A stretch of 64,000 bases of DNA, taken from positions 62,001-126,000 of the forward strand of contig DF237096.1 in assembly GCA_000708835.1 (NCBI GenBank), in the 5' to 3' direction. Positions 1-12,441 of the stretch are shown in pieces. This DNA is from Klebsormidium nitens. Lineage: Eukaryota > Plantae > Klebsormidiophyceae. The first letter of the stretch is position 1, and each line of letters starts with the position of its first letter. The position numbers and the translations under genes were made by a program. The notes beneath the pieces are model-generated. The model searched no databases and was not told where the DNA came from. It worked only from the letters and a program-made list of their open reading frames with translations.

Positions 1-11
1 CAACTATTGCA

Positions 12-710
12 TTCTGGCCTGTTCAACGATCAAGCGGGGAATTTCACTTGTCCATGAACTAATTTCGACATCTGCCTTCCTCCGCCAAGATCTGGTACAT
101 AAGGAGCGAGGTTTTCAATAATAGTCTGTCCCTCACCAGCCGAGCATGCACGCATTCTGTCCTGTTGAACGGCAAACTGAGGACTTGCCCCTCGTGTTCA
201 AAAATACTTCAGACAGAAACACTTCTCCCTCGAAACGAAACCTAGTACAGAAGAGATGGCGTTTTGAGAAACAGTCTGCCTCTCACCAGCGGAGCACGCG
301 TGCGTGAGCGCGGGGATGAGCCGCAGGTCGGACGCCTCCATGATGCTGAACTTGAGCTCCTCCTTGCGGCACGCGTCGCTCAGCCGGTCGCGGTGCGTGC
401 GCAGGCACGCCAGCTGGCCGTTGTGGTCTGGGCGCGCGCTCCCGCAGAACGTCCGGATGTCGTTGCTGCATTTACAGAAAGCAAAGAACGGCGTCTCCAC
501 CTATTTTTGACGTAGAAAACATGCATGCTGGGTTTCCTTATCCCAGATCAGAGATTGCGCTCCTGCAGAACGTTCGGATGTCGTTGCTGCATTAACAGAA
601 AACAAAGTACGGCATCTACACCTTTTGTTGACGTAGCAAATATGCATTTTGGCTTCGTTATCTGGGATCAGAGAGTGCGCTCCCGCAGAACGTTCGGATA
701 TCATTGCTGC
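12..710 (-). repeat. Tandem decayed copies of both ends of GLG1 exon 465-287
   Basis: Acceptor side: GCGCTCCCGCAGAACGTCCGGATGTCGTTGCTGC (about 436-469) recurs at about 557-590 and 677-710 (period about 120), with flanking intron sequence duplicated too. Donor side: AGTCTGCCTCTCACCAGCGGAGCA (273) recurs at 123, and 155-182 resembles 12-40 (periods about 150 and 143). Confidence 0.85.
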
Positions 711-3700
711 GGTTGGGAGTGCAACACAATCGTCAGGGCTGAATGCAAACGGGTTTGCGATTGTGCAAACGACCGCAGAAACGTGCAAAGGAAGCTGAGG
801 GCACGACATTCATATCAAGCGAGAGAGAACTTAGTTGCAGGACCATGGTGCAGGCTCCCGCCGGCGCAAATGCCGACCCGACAGTCGAAAACATGGAGGT
901 CGACGTCGTGAAACCCCCCGACAGCAATCTTGAGGGAATTCGGTGGCGCGAGTGTGTTCTTGCGCAACACCCCATTTGGTCGGCACAACGCAGGAGGGCC
1001 GACGGCAAGCTTAATGGATTCAACTGTACAACACAGATCGAAGTCCAACTGGCCACTTTGCAAAGCGCCGGATTCCGGGAGCTGCGAACAAGGGGACAAG
1101 CACTGCTGAACGTTGGCTTGTCCTTCTTCCAGACCGTGAACACTCCCATCCCGTAGTAAAGACGTCATAAAAGACTAGAAAGACGTCAGCAAACATGATT
1201 TCACCCGCAAGCCTGCACAAAGGCAGGTGGGTGCGACTTCCTTCACGCCCTTGATTGCAGTCCCAAATCAGAGCACGATTCCCCCAATGCAGCTCGCCCA
1301 ACTTACACACTGTGCTTGGAGTCATCAAGGCATTACTGACGACATCGAACTTGCGAGGGCTCACCTCGAGGCCTGCGCAACCTGCCCTACGGTCGGGACG
1401 GACGTCGCGCACCTCCATCTCTTCAACCGCAAACAACCTAACGATTCCCGGAAAGCACGCCGTCATCGAACACAAACAGGACGGCAGCAAAACCAATGAA
1501 CTCACCTGCAAGCCTGCGCGAAGGGCAGGTCGGTGCGGAAGTCGCGCACCTCCATCTCCTCGAACGCGAACACCTCCTCGCGGCACTCGTCGCTCGTGAT
1601 CTCGTCGAACTTGTCCTGCAGGCAGCGCAGCACGGTCCCATGGCACGTGATCGGACCCCCCGTCGCGAGCTCGTTGCACGCGCGCACGCAGTCGAGCCGG
1701 TTGACCTCGTTCACGCACGCCTTGTGCAGGCGGTAGTTGAGGCGGTAGTCTGTAGGGGGAGGAGCGCGGGGCAATGAGTACGTTCTCCCGTTCAATTACT
1801 GTCAGCTTAAACAATTTACCAGAAATGGAAGACTCGAAGTCCAATCTTAATCAAAACAATGCGATTCAAAGGTATACCTATCAGTACGAAAATGAGAAAC
1901 ACTTTGAAAGTACCAACTTCAGAAAAACACGAACTTATGAAATAGACATTTATACACGTAGCTTGAGCACGAAGGTGAATTGCGTCTGGGGCGAAGTTTG
2001 TGAGGCCTCCACACGGAGGGTTAGGCGGTTGAGAAGGGGCAAAGCAAGTTGAGAAGCCTTCCCGCTCCCATTCTCTCTTGTTGGCCTACCGAAGCTCAAG
2101 TTCCACGCATTCGATGTTGCTCTTGACGTTCTCTCGCCGACATACTTCGTAGAAGCAGGATTTCAGAGAAGCTTGACATCAATACGCAACAAAGCAAAGC
2201 AACCTCAGGCTCTTGGTTACCGAAACTCGCGAGCAAAAGACCGAAAGCCGTACCGTCCCCCTGCCGGAGCTGGTTCCGCTCGACCACCTTGCGGCACGCG
2301 CTGCCAAAGTCGGCCTCGTCCAAATTGTCCTCCAAACAGCGGATCATGTTGCCGTGCCCTGCATAACAAGTCGATAAAGCGGGCTAAGAAAAGTGAGGCG
2401 AGTGCGTGAAAATACCCGATTAGGCCTCAACTGTTGGTGTCTGTGGCTTTAGTCCATCATCCCAATGAGGCTTGAACTGAACGATTCCGATCCGTCTGAT
2501 CGACCTAAGGGTCGCAAGGTCGGAGCGGCCAAGTACTCTAAAACCATTCAAGTAACAGATGAGTGTTCTGTGCAATTTACTCCGGTTGCCTTACAAACCA
2601 GATTCTTCACCTTTCTTGGTCTGCTGTGTTTAGTGATTCTACTGAAAGAGGTGAGCCATACTTTCGTCCTGGCTTCGCACTCCAGCACCAGGCAAACCCA
2701 GATCTTCCAATATATTGATGATACAAACCAATCACCAGTAGACTGCTATACATGTGATACTCTGCTTCCGAGTTTCTGACGCCTTGAAGATATCAAAGGC
2801 ATACACGAGCACGAGATGATCACAGAGCCACCGACACATGGACGCTTCGAGGACATTGCAAAGCATCAGCGCAGAGAGCGCAACAGCTTAGCGAGCTTCG
2901 GTATAACAGAACTCGAACGCCTTACCGTGCCAAACGCCCTTGCAGAAGACGAGCCGTTCCTCTGCGCAAGCATCCCTCAGCGGAGCCATGAAGTCGATAT
3001 CCTCAGAGATGCGGACCTCCTGTGGGGCACACGCAAGCTCCTTGTCACTTCCTTCATCTGCCGTTGACAACTCCGTTGTGGTGCACTTTTCAGCATCGTG
3101 TCACTTCCCCTCGTTGCTGCTGACAATCTTGGTTTGTGTACGACTTGGAGTACGTCAACGAGATAGGAATCAGCAGTCTCTAGGGGACTCCAGATCATTT
3201 GTATCGCAGCTCGCACAGCGACAATCCTCAAGCTTTCTTTTCACGAAATGATGGGCAACAACGCCCATAGCTGTTAGATAGCACACCAACCCCAAACACG
3301 AGAGTTGCTTATCCTTCTTCGCTCGCATAAACATCACCCGCCCTCAACATTCAAACCGCACGAATGCATGTACGTCCCTTGCTAGCAGGTCTGTGCAGTG
3401 CCCATACTAGCAACACCCCAATCTGCTCGAACTTCCCAGCCATGTAAAGTGTCGTTTGAGTGCTGGAACAAACCTGAAGAGCCGTGAAAAAGACCCGGGT
3501 ATTCCAGAATTTTCCCAAAAGACGCTGGTCATGTCTTATCCGCAGCTCACCTGGTCGAAGACGGCGTTGCGGCACTCGGGCCGCAGCTGCTCCCGGTTGT
3601 CCTGGAGGCACCTGAAGACCAGGCCGTTGCCGTCGGGGAATTCCTTGCACAGCGTCTGGCGATCCTCTGCGAATCACACCCTCACAGGTCAGTTTACAAC

Positions 3701-6700
3701 TCAGAAGTCATCTCCCCAGAATGTTAGGCACACTTTGAAGTTTAGAGTTTTAGAGCTATACAGCCTTTGGCAGTCCTCTGCAGATCACGAGTTGACAGGT
3801 CACTTGACAACTCACAAGTCCACCCCCCAGGAATTTTACGCACATCGTTTGTCAACTCGTCAGAGGCGTGTGACTGTCTCTCCGAAGAAGACGTTTTCAA
3901 CTGGCAGTATGCGATGAAAACAAGCTGGCAAGCATGTGTGATCGTGATCCGAGGGAAAGAGCAAGCCAGGAGTCCTCAGAACTTCAAAAAACCACCGCAG
4001 AAACGCAAGCCTCAAACGCAAGCTTTCAAAATCAAACCTCAAAAGTGGAAAACAAGCGCCCGCCTCACGCACGTTTGCAGAGCACCGCAAGCGGTCGGTC
4101 GAAGCGGATGTCCTCGGCAGCGCGCTCGGAGACGGCGTGCACCTGCGCGCGGCACTTGGGGTCGTGCAGCTCGTCGCGGTAGTCCTGCAGGCACTGCGTG
4201 ATGCCCGCGTCGTCCGACGCCACGTCTTCGAGGTCTTCCAGCCGACTATCGCACAACTGCGATTGGGCAGGAGCGAGAGAGTTAGCGAGTTTGCTTGTTG
4301 AGGAGCAGTCGGAGGGGCCACTTCTTAAACCGTTGAATTGTGCTCTCTGCGAGAAATACAGAAGAAGACGTGTCCGTTGTTCTTCCGCCGACTGTTGCAC
4401 AGCTGCAGCAAGAGAAAAGTGGCATCAATCACCGCTGGTTTTAAAACGGCGATATATTCTTTCCAGGACAAGCCCTGATTCCATAAGCGGTCCTCAGGGG
4501 GCTCTGGAACTCAAAGAGCGTTGTACTTGCCGATTGTTGCCTTCCAGGTCGGCTCTTCCCCCATTCCCCAAAAATATCCATGATTTTGGAACGCATGAGA
4601 TGACGGACTTGACGCCGAACACAGTAATAGATTCCACATTTTCGTACTGTCGGAAAAAGAGGTTCCCAGGCCTTCCCTCCCTTTGGGTGCAAGCTTCCGC
4701 TCACCCTGGGGGGCTCAAAAGGCACTAACAAGCAAAGAGTGAGAAGGCAGCAGCATGTGCAGGTGGGGCACACTGTTACCCTCAAAGCAGAACAAATGAG
4801 GGACTGCGCTTCGTGGAACTTCAAGAAGTTGTGACACGGTCGCAAAAGTGGCGGAGGCGACCCACCGTCTGGATGTCGTCCTTGCAGTAGCGCCTCATAC
4901 GCGGGTCCAGGCGGAAGTCCTGCGAGCGCCGCGCGAGCATCCGGTCGAACTCTTCCGTGCTGCACACAGGTTACGGGAAGAAGGACATTTCAAATCTAGG
5001 GAATGGTAAGCTTCGAACATGGTACGCTAACTAGCCTGCAACGCGTCGGGTTGGTTTGGTGGTTTGTGGTGGATTAGGGTGCAGAACAGGTGGATTTGTG
5101 GGTTCGGTTTTAGTGCTGATGCAGGAGTTCTACTTAAAGATAGAGCTCTACTAAAGATAGAGCTTACTACGTTTGAATGGAAGAGGCATAGGAAAGGCGT
5201 TGTCTTTCCGGAGAAGAGAGCACTTGACAGCGTGAACACAGAACTTGCCGTGGATGAGCTTTTACCGTGCTCAACGACATGTTTTCACTCGACCATGCTG
5301 TGCCACTGAATGGGCGTCGCCTGCATTTCTGGCGGTCCCACACGTCAAAGCTCGCTGGCGAAAGCACGGGTTGAGCAGGGCAGAAGTCCGGACACAGTCC
5401 TCGTATTCTCGGAACAATACGCTTTGAGATTCTGCACCGAAGGTGCCCACCACATCGGCGCGTTATACTTAAGATTCGGAAACCGAAGGAGCAACGTCAA
5501 CCAGATTGGCGGACACTGAAAAATCAGCACGAGGTTCTGCACATTGCGGCCTTCTTGTACAAAAGGCACAGAATCTGTTGAGGCTTCTTACCAGGTGGCG
5601 GAGAAGTCGTGGTCCGATCGGTGCTCCTCCAAGCAGTCCTTGACCCGCGAGTCGCCGGGTTCCACGTCAGCACAGAACCGGGCCTTGTCGGTGCGGCACG
5701 CTGCACCGTACGCAAAGAATTTCAGGCTCACAGGAGACGGAGTCTTGATCGTGTGGCTTGCTGAGAGACGGAGTATACGCATCTGTCTTCCTTCACTAAC
5801 AAACACACAATGTGACTTAGCACGATCATGTCTGTAGATATTCCAACGGGTTAAAAGGGCTCTGAGTTCCAGAAGTTCAGGAGCCTGGAAGTTTCAAATT
5901 CAGGGAAGAATGGCGGGAGACTTTCTGCAGAACGTCGCCGGAACGAGCGGAGCAACTGAATTAACAGGAGATTTTGACTGTCCGACTCAAAAAACACCTT
6001 TTCACTACCCTCGTACTTCAACACGCCGTTAAGTAAGTCACTAATTAAGAACCTGGATTTTATAATCGTCCAAGAGGAGGACAAGAACAGGCGAACCATC
6101 GTGCAACTCAAATAAGCCACCCTTGATCGCCGTTTCAGATATTTTAGCTTTTTGGAGAAGCGGTCAGATACTTTCTTTGAAGGTTTCCAAGTCGAAGGGA
6201 AACGACAAGCCTGGAAGCGGAACCAGGACTCGAAGTCCTCAGCTCCAGCACTGATGATCTGAAGTCCATCTTGGCTAGAACAGGCCAGACCGTAGAAGAG
6301 GTTCCGACTGAGATCAACTCGGAAATCGTGCAAGTACCCACCTTTCACCAAACGGAGGTCCAACCGGATGTCGTCTGCGTTTTGCTCCTCGACCCGGAAG
6401 AGCTCGGCCTGGCAGTCCCAACTTAGAGCCACCTCATGCGCCCTCTGCAAAGTCGTATGGCATAAGACTGAGCAGATAATCTACATCTTCTGTCTCGGAG
6501 CCAAAGCTTTTTCTGTCCGCAAAATGTGGCTTCTCTGCTTCCTGGGCACGTAATGTAGGCGTTGACAAAAAAATGAAGCTCGGAAAACCACACGTCATTC
6601 CGGACGTTCTTCGGCTCGTGGCAAAAGTCCGGCCTAGAGAACGCTTGGAGTGACTCCTACTCGAGAAGAAATCGTGATCAGTTTGAGGAAGCGGAAACCG

Positions 6701-9135
6701 TTCGCAACTTTCCAAGTAAGCTTTCACATAACAAGTAATGATTCCACTACAATGGATGTTTGTAAAAAAGCCATCAAGGGACCGCCAAGCTGGATTAGAA
6801 TAGCAATTTTCTGTCACAGTTTCTGCCACCGGTTTTTTGTCATTGGAAGCAATCTGAAGCCTGGATCTCGCTAGTAATCTGCAGCAGAGCCGCAAGTATT
6901 CAGGTGTTGAAGATTTCAAAGTGTTCTACAAACAGGCTTCCTCTCACCAGGCACTCCTGAATCGCCCCGTCCTTGTTCTCGACTCCAGCGCAGTACTGTT
7001 CGGCGTCGTACTTGCACAACGCAAACATCGTCCTGTCCAGCTCGAAGTCGAAGGCAGCATCCAACTCGATCCGAGTAATCTGCTCCTTACAGGTGGGACC
7101 GGTGTTGTCTTTTTCTTCCCTGCAAAAAAACCCCTGGGGCTTCAAACCTCCAATTTGCAATCTCTTCTTGCTTACGGCAGAACCTGTACTTGCAAAACGT
7201 CGGGCACATCATTCAAGGAAATTCCCACCGCAAATCTACACTGCACTTGCTACAGCGGGCAAGTAGTGCAATGCATGGGTATGGAAAAGCAGGCCAACCA
7301 GCAATATGCCTCGTCTCGCACATAGAAGCAAAAGGGCACTCTGCTCGCAACTGCCTTGGACCAGAAGGAGAGGCACGATCCATTTTTCAGAATCCGAGCA
7401 CCTTAAGATAACAAGAAGAGCCTGAGCCAGGAACAGTCAATGCTGCGGATCTTACTTTAGACAGTCGATGACGTTTGCTGGCCTTGGGTGAAGAAACTGG
7501 TCGCTACACAAGCTCTGGATCTCCGACTTGCAGGCCTTGGCTGCAAAGAGAAAGCTCGTTCAACATAAGCTGCGCGTCAAACTGGTAAAAAAGGTGGTGG
7601 GCAACAGATTAGATACTGTGAAGTTGCCTTTATTAAATCATCTTGGCTGGTGTCTCGTGCAACGTTGGTGCAACGATGCAGACATTGCACCATCCTTATT
7701 TCGCTACTTACTTTGAACTCACTTTAAACTCAGCGCTGTTCATATGCCTGATGAATCCTGCTCCAGAACTTTGTCACCTTCGGAAAGTGTCACCCAAGAA
7801 CCATAACATCCAAAAACCTAGTGGCTCACCAAGCTTCACATCCACCGTAATGTCACCCGCCCGGGCAATCTTAAATGTCTGGAGCTCCTTCTTGCAGTCT
7901 TCAGAAACTTTGGCCCCTGCAGAAGCAGTTGACAAACGACTGAACCAATTGCAATGGCAATCTCCGGACCTCCTTACATCAGAGTCCAAGAAACCGAATT
8001 TTCACGAGAGTCGACAGCTCTGCTTTGCCAGATAATCCTGCCAATGCTGACGGCCTGTCCAAAGCACTGCCAGAATTAGTGGTGAGATTCCAGAGCAGCA
8101 TCAAAGGGCTACCCTGGGGGGTAGAAATAAGGTTTTGATGACAGGGGCCCCAATCTTAAGGACTGCGTCCAAGAAGCACTTCAAATTGTCGAAAACACGT
8201 TGTATTCACCCATGGAACAGTCATTCAAGAGAAGTATAGGCACCCTTTTGCCACCACCGCAGGCGCCCAAAGAGTGGTCCCAAAACTTCTAAAATTTATA
8301 GGACGTGACATCTTACCGGTATCCTCGACAGCCGCCTTCTCTAGCTTCAGCTGGTTGCTTATGCAGTCAGCCAGGTTGGAGTCCCCCGGCTTGACTCCCT
8401 TGCAGAAGGCTTTGAGGTCAGCAGCGCAGGCGCCTGTCAAAATTCAACGCGTCCAAATTCAGTTCTGCATTCTTTAATTAGCCTTATTTTGCAGCGTCTG
8501 AGAAGCAAAGCTTTAAGTGGCCCAGCTTTACATGCTTAAGCGGCCAAGTTGAAGACTCCGGTAGGTAATCACAGTGAAGATAAGACAAATTTTGAGGGAA
8601 TTTCTATACAGCGCCCTCGTGCAAACAATCAAAGACCACATCAAACAAGGAGGGGATCAGACGAGAGGTTCGCTCGCCCTAATTCCTCACCACAGGAGGC
8701 CTCTCTTTTACCAAAGCAGGGGGGAACACAAACCAAATTCTTTGATTGCCCATGTCACTTACTGTAGGGGGCCTCTTCAATGCAAGTGACTTACGAACTC
8801 TGCAACATGATTCTGGAAAAAGAAAATACTCAACCTTTCTCAGAAGGGTCTCCGTAATCGTATCATAAAATCCCAGATCAAGCCTCCAAAGTCCACGCGT
8901 CTCATTTGCTGACATATGAAAGTCATTGTGGGCAGCATTTTAGAATCTTGATGACTCCGGACTCCCTACTTCGCTCACCTGTGGCCGCAATATCCGTGGG
9001 GAGCTCTGAGGTGGCGCCAGACAGTTCGGGGTCATTTCCCTCAGTACTGTTGCCTGAACTTTGTGTGGAATTGTCGGCAGCCAATGTGCTGATGGTCAGA
9101 GCAGCGAGTAGAAGGAAGAAGACAAGGGGCTTCAT
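287..9135 (-). CDS. GLG1: Golgi apparatus protein 1-like (Cys-rich GLG1/CFR repeat protein), 3'-partial; gene continues past the left edge
   Basis: 14 frame-consistent GT-AG exons: 9135-8979, 8433-8317, 7916-7830, 7540-7456, 7119-6948, 6444-6342, 5700-5592, 4959-4866, 4256-4073, 3666-3551, 3019-2926, 2358-2254, 1749-1506, 465-287 (about 615 codons, no stop reached). N-terminal signal peptide MKPLVFFLLLAALTISTLA. Repeated units such as DIRLDLRLVKACRTDKARFCADVEPGDSRVKDCL and DYRLNYRLHKAC match Cys-rich GLG1 repeats as I recall them. An AG just upstream of the ATG (about 9145) suggests a 5'UTR intron. Confidence 0.88.
1191..1570 (-). repeat. Two decayed copies of the donor end of GLG1 exon 1749-1506
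   Basis: CTCACCTGCAAGCCTGCGCGAAGGGCAGGT (1501) resembles TTCACCCGCAAGCCTGCACAAAGGCAGGT (1200). GTCGCGCACCTCCATCTC occurs at 1541 and 1404. Confidence 0.8.
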
Positions 9136-10394
9136 AGACAGGGCCTGCAGCAGAAAAGTGAAAAAAAAATCTCTGCCAATGCTCGGACGGAATTGGGGGG
9201 AAAAAAACAGGATGAGAGCTGGCATTCTCTACTGGCTTGAAGGACTTTTCGCAAAGAACATTGAAAGATTTGCCTGAAGTTGATCGTCCCCGCAATGCTG
9301 AGCCCAAACCAGATCGGCTGTGATTGTCACTTGATAGACTTGCACTACCTCATCATTCTGCTAAGATTGCTGCCTTGACTAAATGCAGACAATCCGGCTT
9401 CTTACCATCCTGAATTCTGCAGAAGCAAGCTTCTGTCAAAAAAGCCCACTAGTGCTCAGTTCACCTGCAAGGCACTGTGGCAACTTTAGCCAATACTTAT
9501 CTCGTAGCATGAAACAGAAAGTCTTCCTTGATTAGACTAATGTCAATGAGAGTTTGTCATGGTTCTAAGTCGAGCTCAGACCACAATTGTCGTCGGGTTT
9601 CCACCACCTGTCAAAATTCATGAGGTATTTCTTTCAAATGTGCGAGCGCTTGTCAAACCAGGTTTTGGAACATTTAAACTCACGCTCAATTCAAGGCTAT
9701 GGGCTGTCCAAGAAGTCCTCTCCATGGAACAGCTGGTGCTCGGACTCACCATACACTACGCTGAGCTACAGTGTTCAAAGAAGGAAGGGCTGCCCTGCCA
9801 AAATGTGAACGATCTTGCCGTAGGCTTCCTTGCGCTAGCGACTAGGCCAGGTATTTCCATTCAGCTCCCTCGGATTTCTTCCTCGACGTGTGCTGCGTGC
9901 ATAATGGATTCTAATTTCTGCCATCTGGTCCTTGTCACTGTCACTCTGCTTTATAATATTTGGAATAGTCTCCCCGCGAGGTTGGCCTTGCCAATCTGGG
10001 ATATTTTATATATCTTCTTGTAAGCTAGACAGATATACACTCTAATATACTTCACATTTATACCGGCCTGTTGAGTCTTCTAAAATATACCGTATTAGGA
10101 GCCTGATTTCAAATTGCCGTCAAGGAATATGGCCCATAAAAGCTGTCACAGCCGCTGAGCGATGGCCAGGTTGTACCTCTCCTTATGACAGGTAGCACGA
10201 GCGGATTTACGACATGATGTGTGGGAAGGAAGAAGAAACAGAATCTCCAATTCCTGAGCTGGATCTTTACACCAATGTGAGAGAGTGGAATCCTTCTTTG
10301 CAAGACAAATTGGTTGCATATCCACATCAGAGCAGGATCCGCCGCCGCCCCCACTCGCCCAAGCTTGCCTTTCTTCTCATCGTGGCCAGCAAAC

Positions 10395-12441
10395 ATGCTG
10401 CTGTTCTCGGACCTCATCTCAAGTGAGTCAGACGCCTGGTCCTTTTCTCAGAATGCGAGGATATCAAGATTGAAGTTGTGGTGCACTTGCTGAGTTCTTT
10501 CCAGGGTGTATGCACAAGGTGCAATGCTTCTGTTTTGATATGTTATCGCCTTGGTTGCAGATGACGAGCTCCTGTCAGATTCTTTTGATATGGAGGAGAC
10601 GCACAATGGGATCTTCTACAAGGTGCCTGGAAAGGTCAGGCCGCTGCTCCAGAGCAATCTGGCCCCTTGCAGTTTCCGGAGGAGATAGGGTTGCCCGATT
10701 TGTTGCGCGACGATGGCAAGAGTTGCAAAAACTCTGGAATGATGTGCTCCGAGTAACGCCGAGTAACGAGAAAGGACACATGACTTGTTCATCGGCCACT
10801 CACTTCACAAAACAAAATGCGTCGAGCAGCATGCCAGCGCAAGCACTCGGTCAGCTTAAAAGTAAGTGTTACATGATCGTCAAATGCCGCCTAGTCTGTT
10901 TCTTTCAGAAGGTATCCAGCCTTGCATCTGACGGGCCACTTTGTCTGACGGGCATTTTCGATGGTTACTTGATCGCCAAGTTTGTTTTGTCATTTGCAGT
11001 GGGTGACTTCAGGCCCCGTTGATGTTGACATTGGTGCCAACCCTTCAGCAGAGGAGGCCGAGGAGGGTGTAGACGACAGTGTGCAGAAGGTTGTGGATAT
11101 CGTAGATACCTTCCGGTTGCAGGTAAGCCCTCCGCTGACCTGTCTGCTTCGCTACATCTGATGAGTTTGTGTCCCTATGCAATGATGGCAAAGATGCCGC
11201 GAGTCTCGGTTTTTGCTGGTCTCACGATACTAATTGGCAATGGTCCGGTTTCTGGGCCAGCATGAGTGGTAATGGTAGTGCTTTCATGTTTGTGCAATTG
11301 TGGTTAAAAGAAAAGGGTTTGCTGTTCAACATTGCCTCATCAGCCCAATTGCAAAGTGATTCTAGCTGCCCTACTGATTTTGGGATTTTCTCACTGCGTG
11401 TAGAGCAAGGTGCGGTGGATGGTTTTGGCTCTGTTTGTCGAGTACAGTTGACTACAGAATCCACTTATGGAACTTTTTCAGTTCTAGGGTTTCAGCTCTG
11501 AGCATAACTTTTTATTGTATCAATCTTTAGTGAATGATTGCGTTGTTGGAAAAAGTGGGACATTTTAGTGAAGTACAAAGAAAGCTCGCACCCTTCCTTT
11601 CAATTGCGTGGGGCGTGCCTGCTTGGAGCAAGAGAGACATTTGCAAGTGGGATCTCTGAAGAATATGATCAATACCTCGCCTCCATTTGGCAGGAACAAC
11701 CACCTTTCCCCAAGAAGGACTTCTTGGGGTGGCTGAAGGGATACATTGCAAAGCTGACGCCCCTCCTCTCTGAGAAGAGGCAAGAAGAGTTCAAGAAGGA
11801 CGTCCCTGACGCCGCCAAGTTCCTCTTGGGCAAGCTGAAGGACCTGCAGTTGTGAGTATTTCTTCTGCTCTTCTGTGAGGCTTAAAGCACAGTGAGGTCG
11901 CCTGGAAGACCCTCACAAGGTATGCTGTGACGCCCCGTTCTTGGTGGAAGACGAACGAGCTGCAATTGGTGGAAGGAGAGCAAGTAGTACAATCGGGGTT
12001 GGCAGAATCGGACACGATCAGTGAGTGAAGTTGGATCAGCGCTCAGACTTCTGGGCAAAATGGATGGCCCCGAAGACAACACTCATTTTGTAAATCTTTT
12101 TGACAAGATTGTGCCGCAAAGACCTCTTCGCTTCAAAATGGAGTATTAGTTGCCTCGACGCACTTTTTGTCGAAGAGGTTCGAAGGGCAGCAGACAGTGA
12201 CGGCGAAACAATCTGCAATCAGCTGTATTATCTGGTTGTCTTACAGCACTTTACATTGGTGGCAATCAGTGAGATTCAATGCTTTCGAATTGTGAGACTG
12301 ATACGGAGAGTCATGTCTTGCAGCTTCACTGGGGAGAGCATGAACCTCGACGCGGCCCTGGTCTTTGCTTACTACGAAGATGGCGCAACCGACCCCATCT
12401 TCATCTACTTCAAGGATGGCCTGAAGGAGGTCAAGTGTTAG
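10395..12441 (+). CDS. TCTP: Translationally controlled tumor protein (166 aa)
   Basis: Exons 10395-10422, 10561-10634, 11000-11122, 11694-11851, 12324-12441 total 501 nt with an intact frame. [18 protein letters not shown]...[12 protein letters not shown]...[13 protein letters not shown]...[17 protein letters not shown]...[22 protein letters not shown] are hallmark TCTP motifs. Confidence 0.97.

Noticed and set aside
5851-6450. 199 aa ORF and other long ORF-track entries spanning exon plus intron (e.g. 1020-1844, 19784-20314, 37378-37884)
   Set aside because: They are real exons read through into intron sequence, and the spliced models explain them. The DGLQIISAGAEDFESWFRFQAC stretch might be an old exon shadow but is too diverged to claim.
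10912-10917. GTATCC as a possible U12-type donor in TCTP intron 2
   Set aside because: It does not extend to GTATCCTT, and the TCTP model is complete without it.
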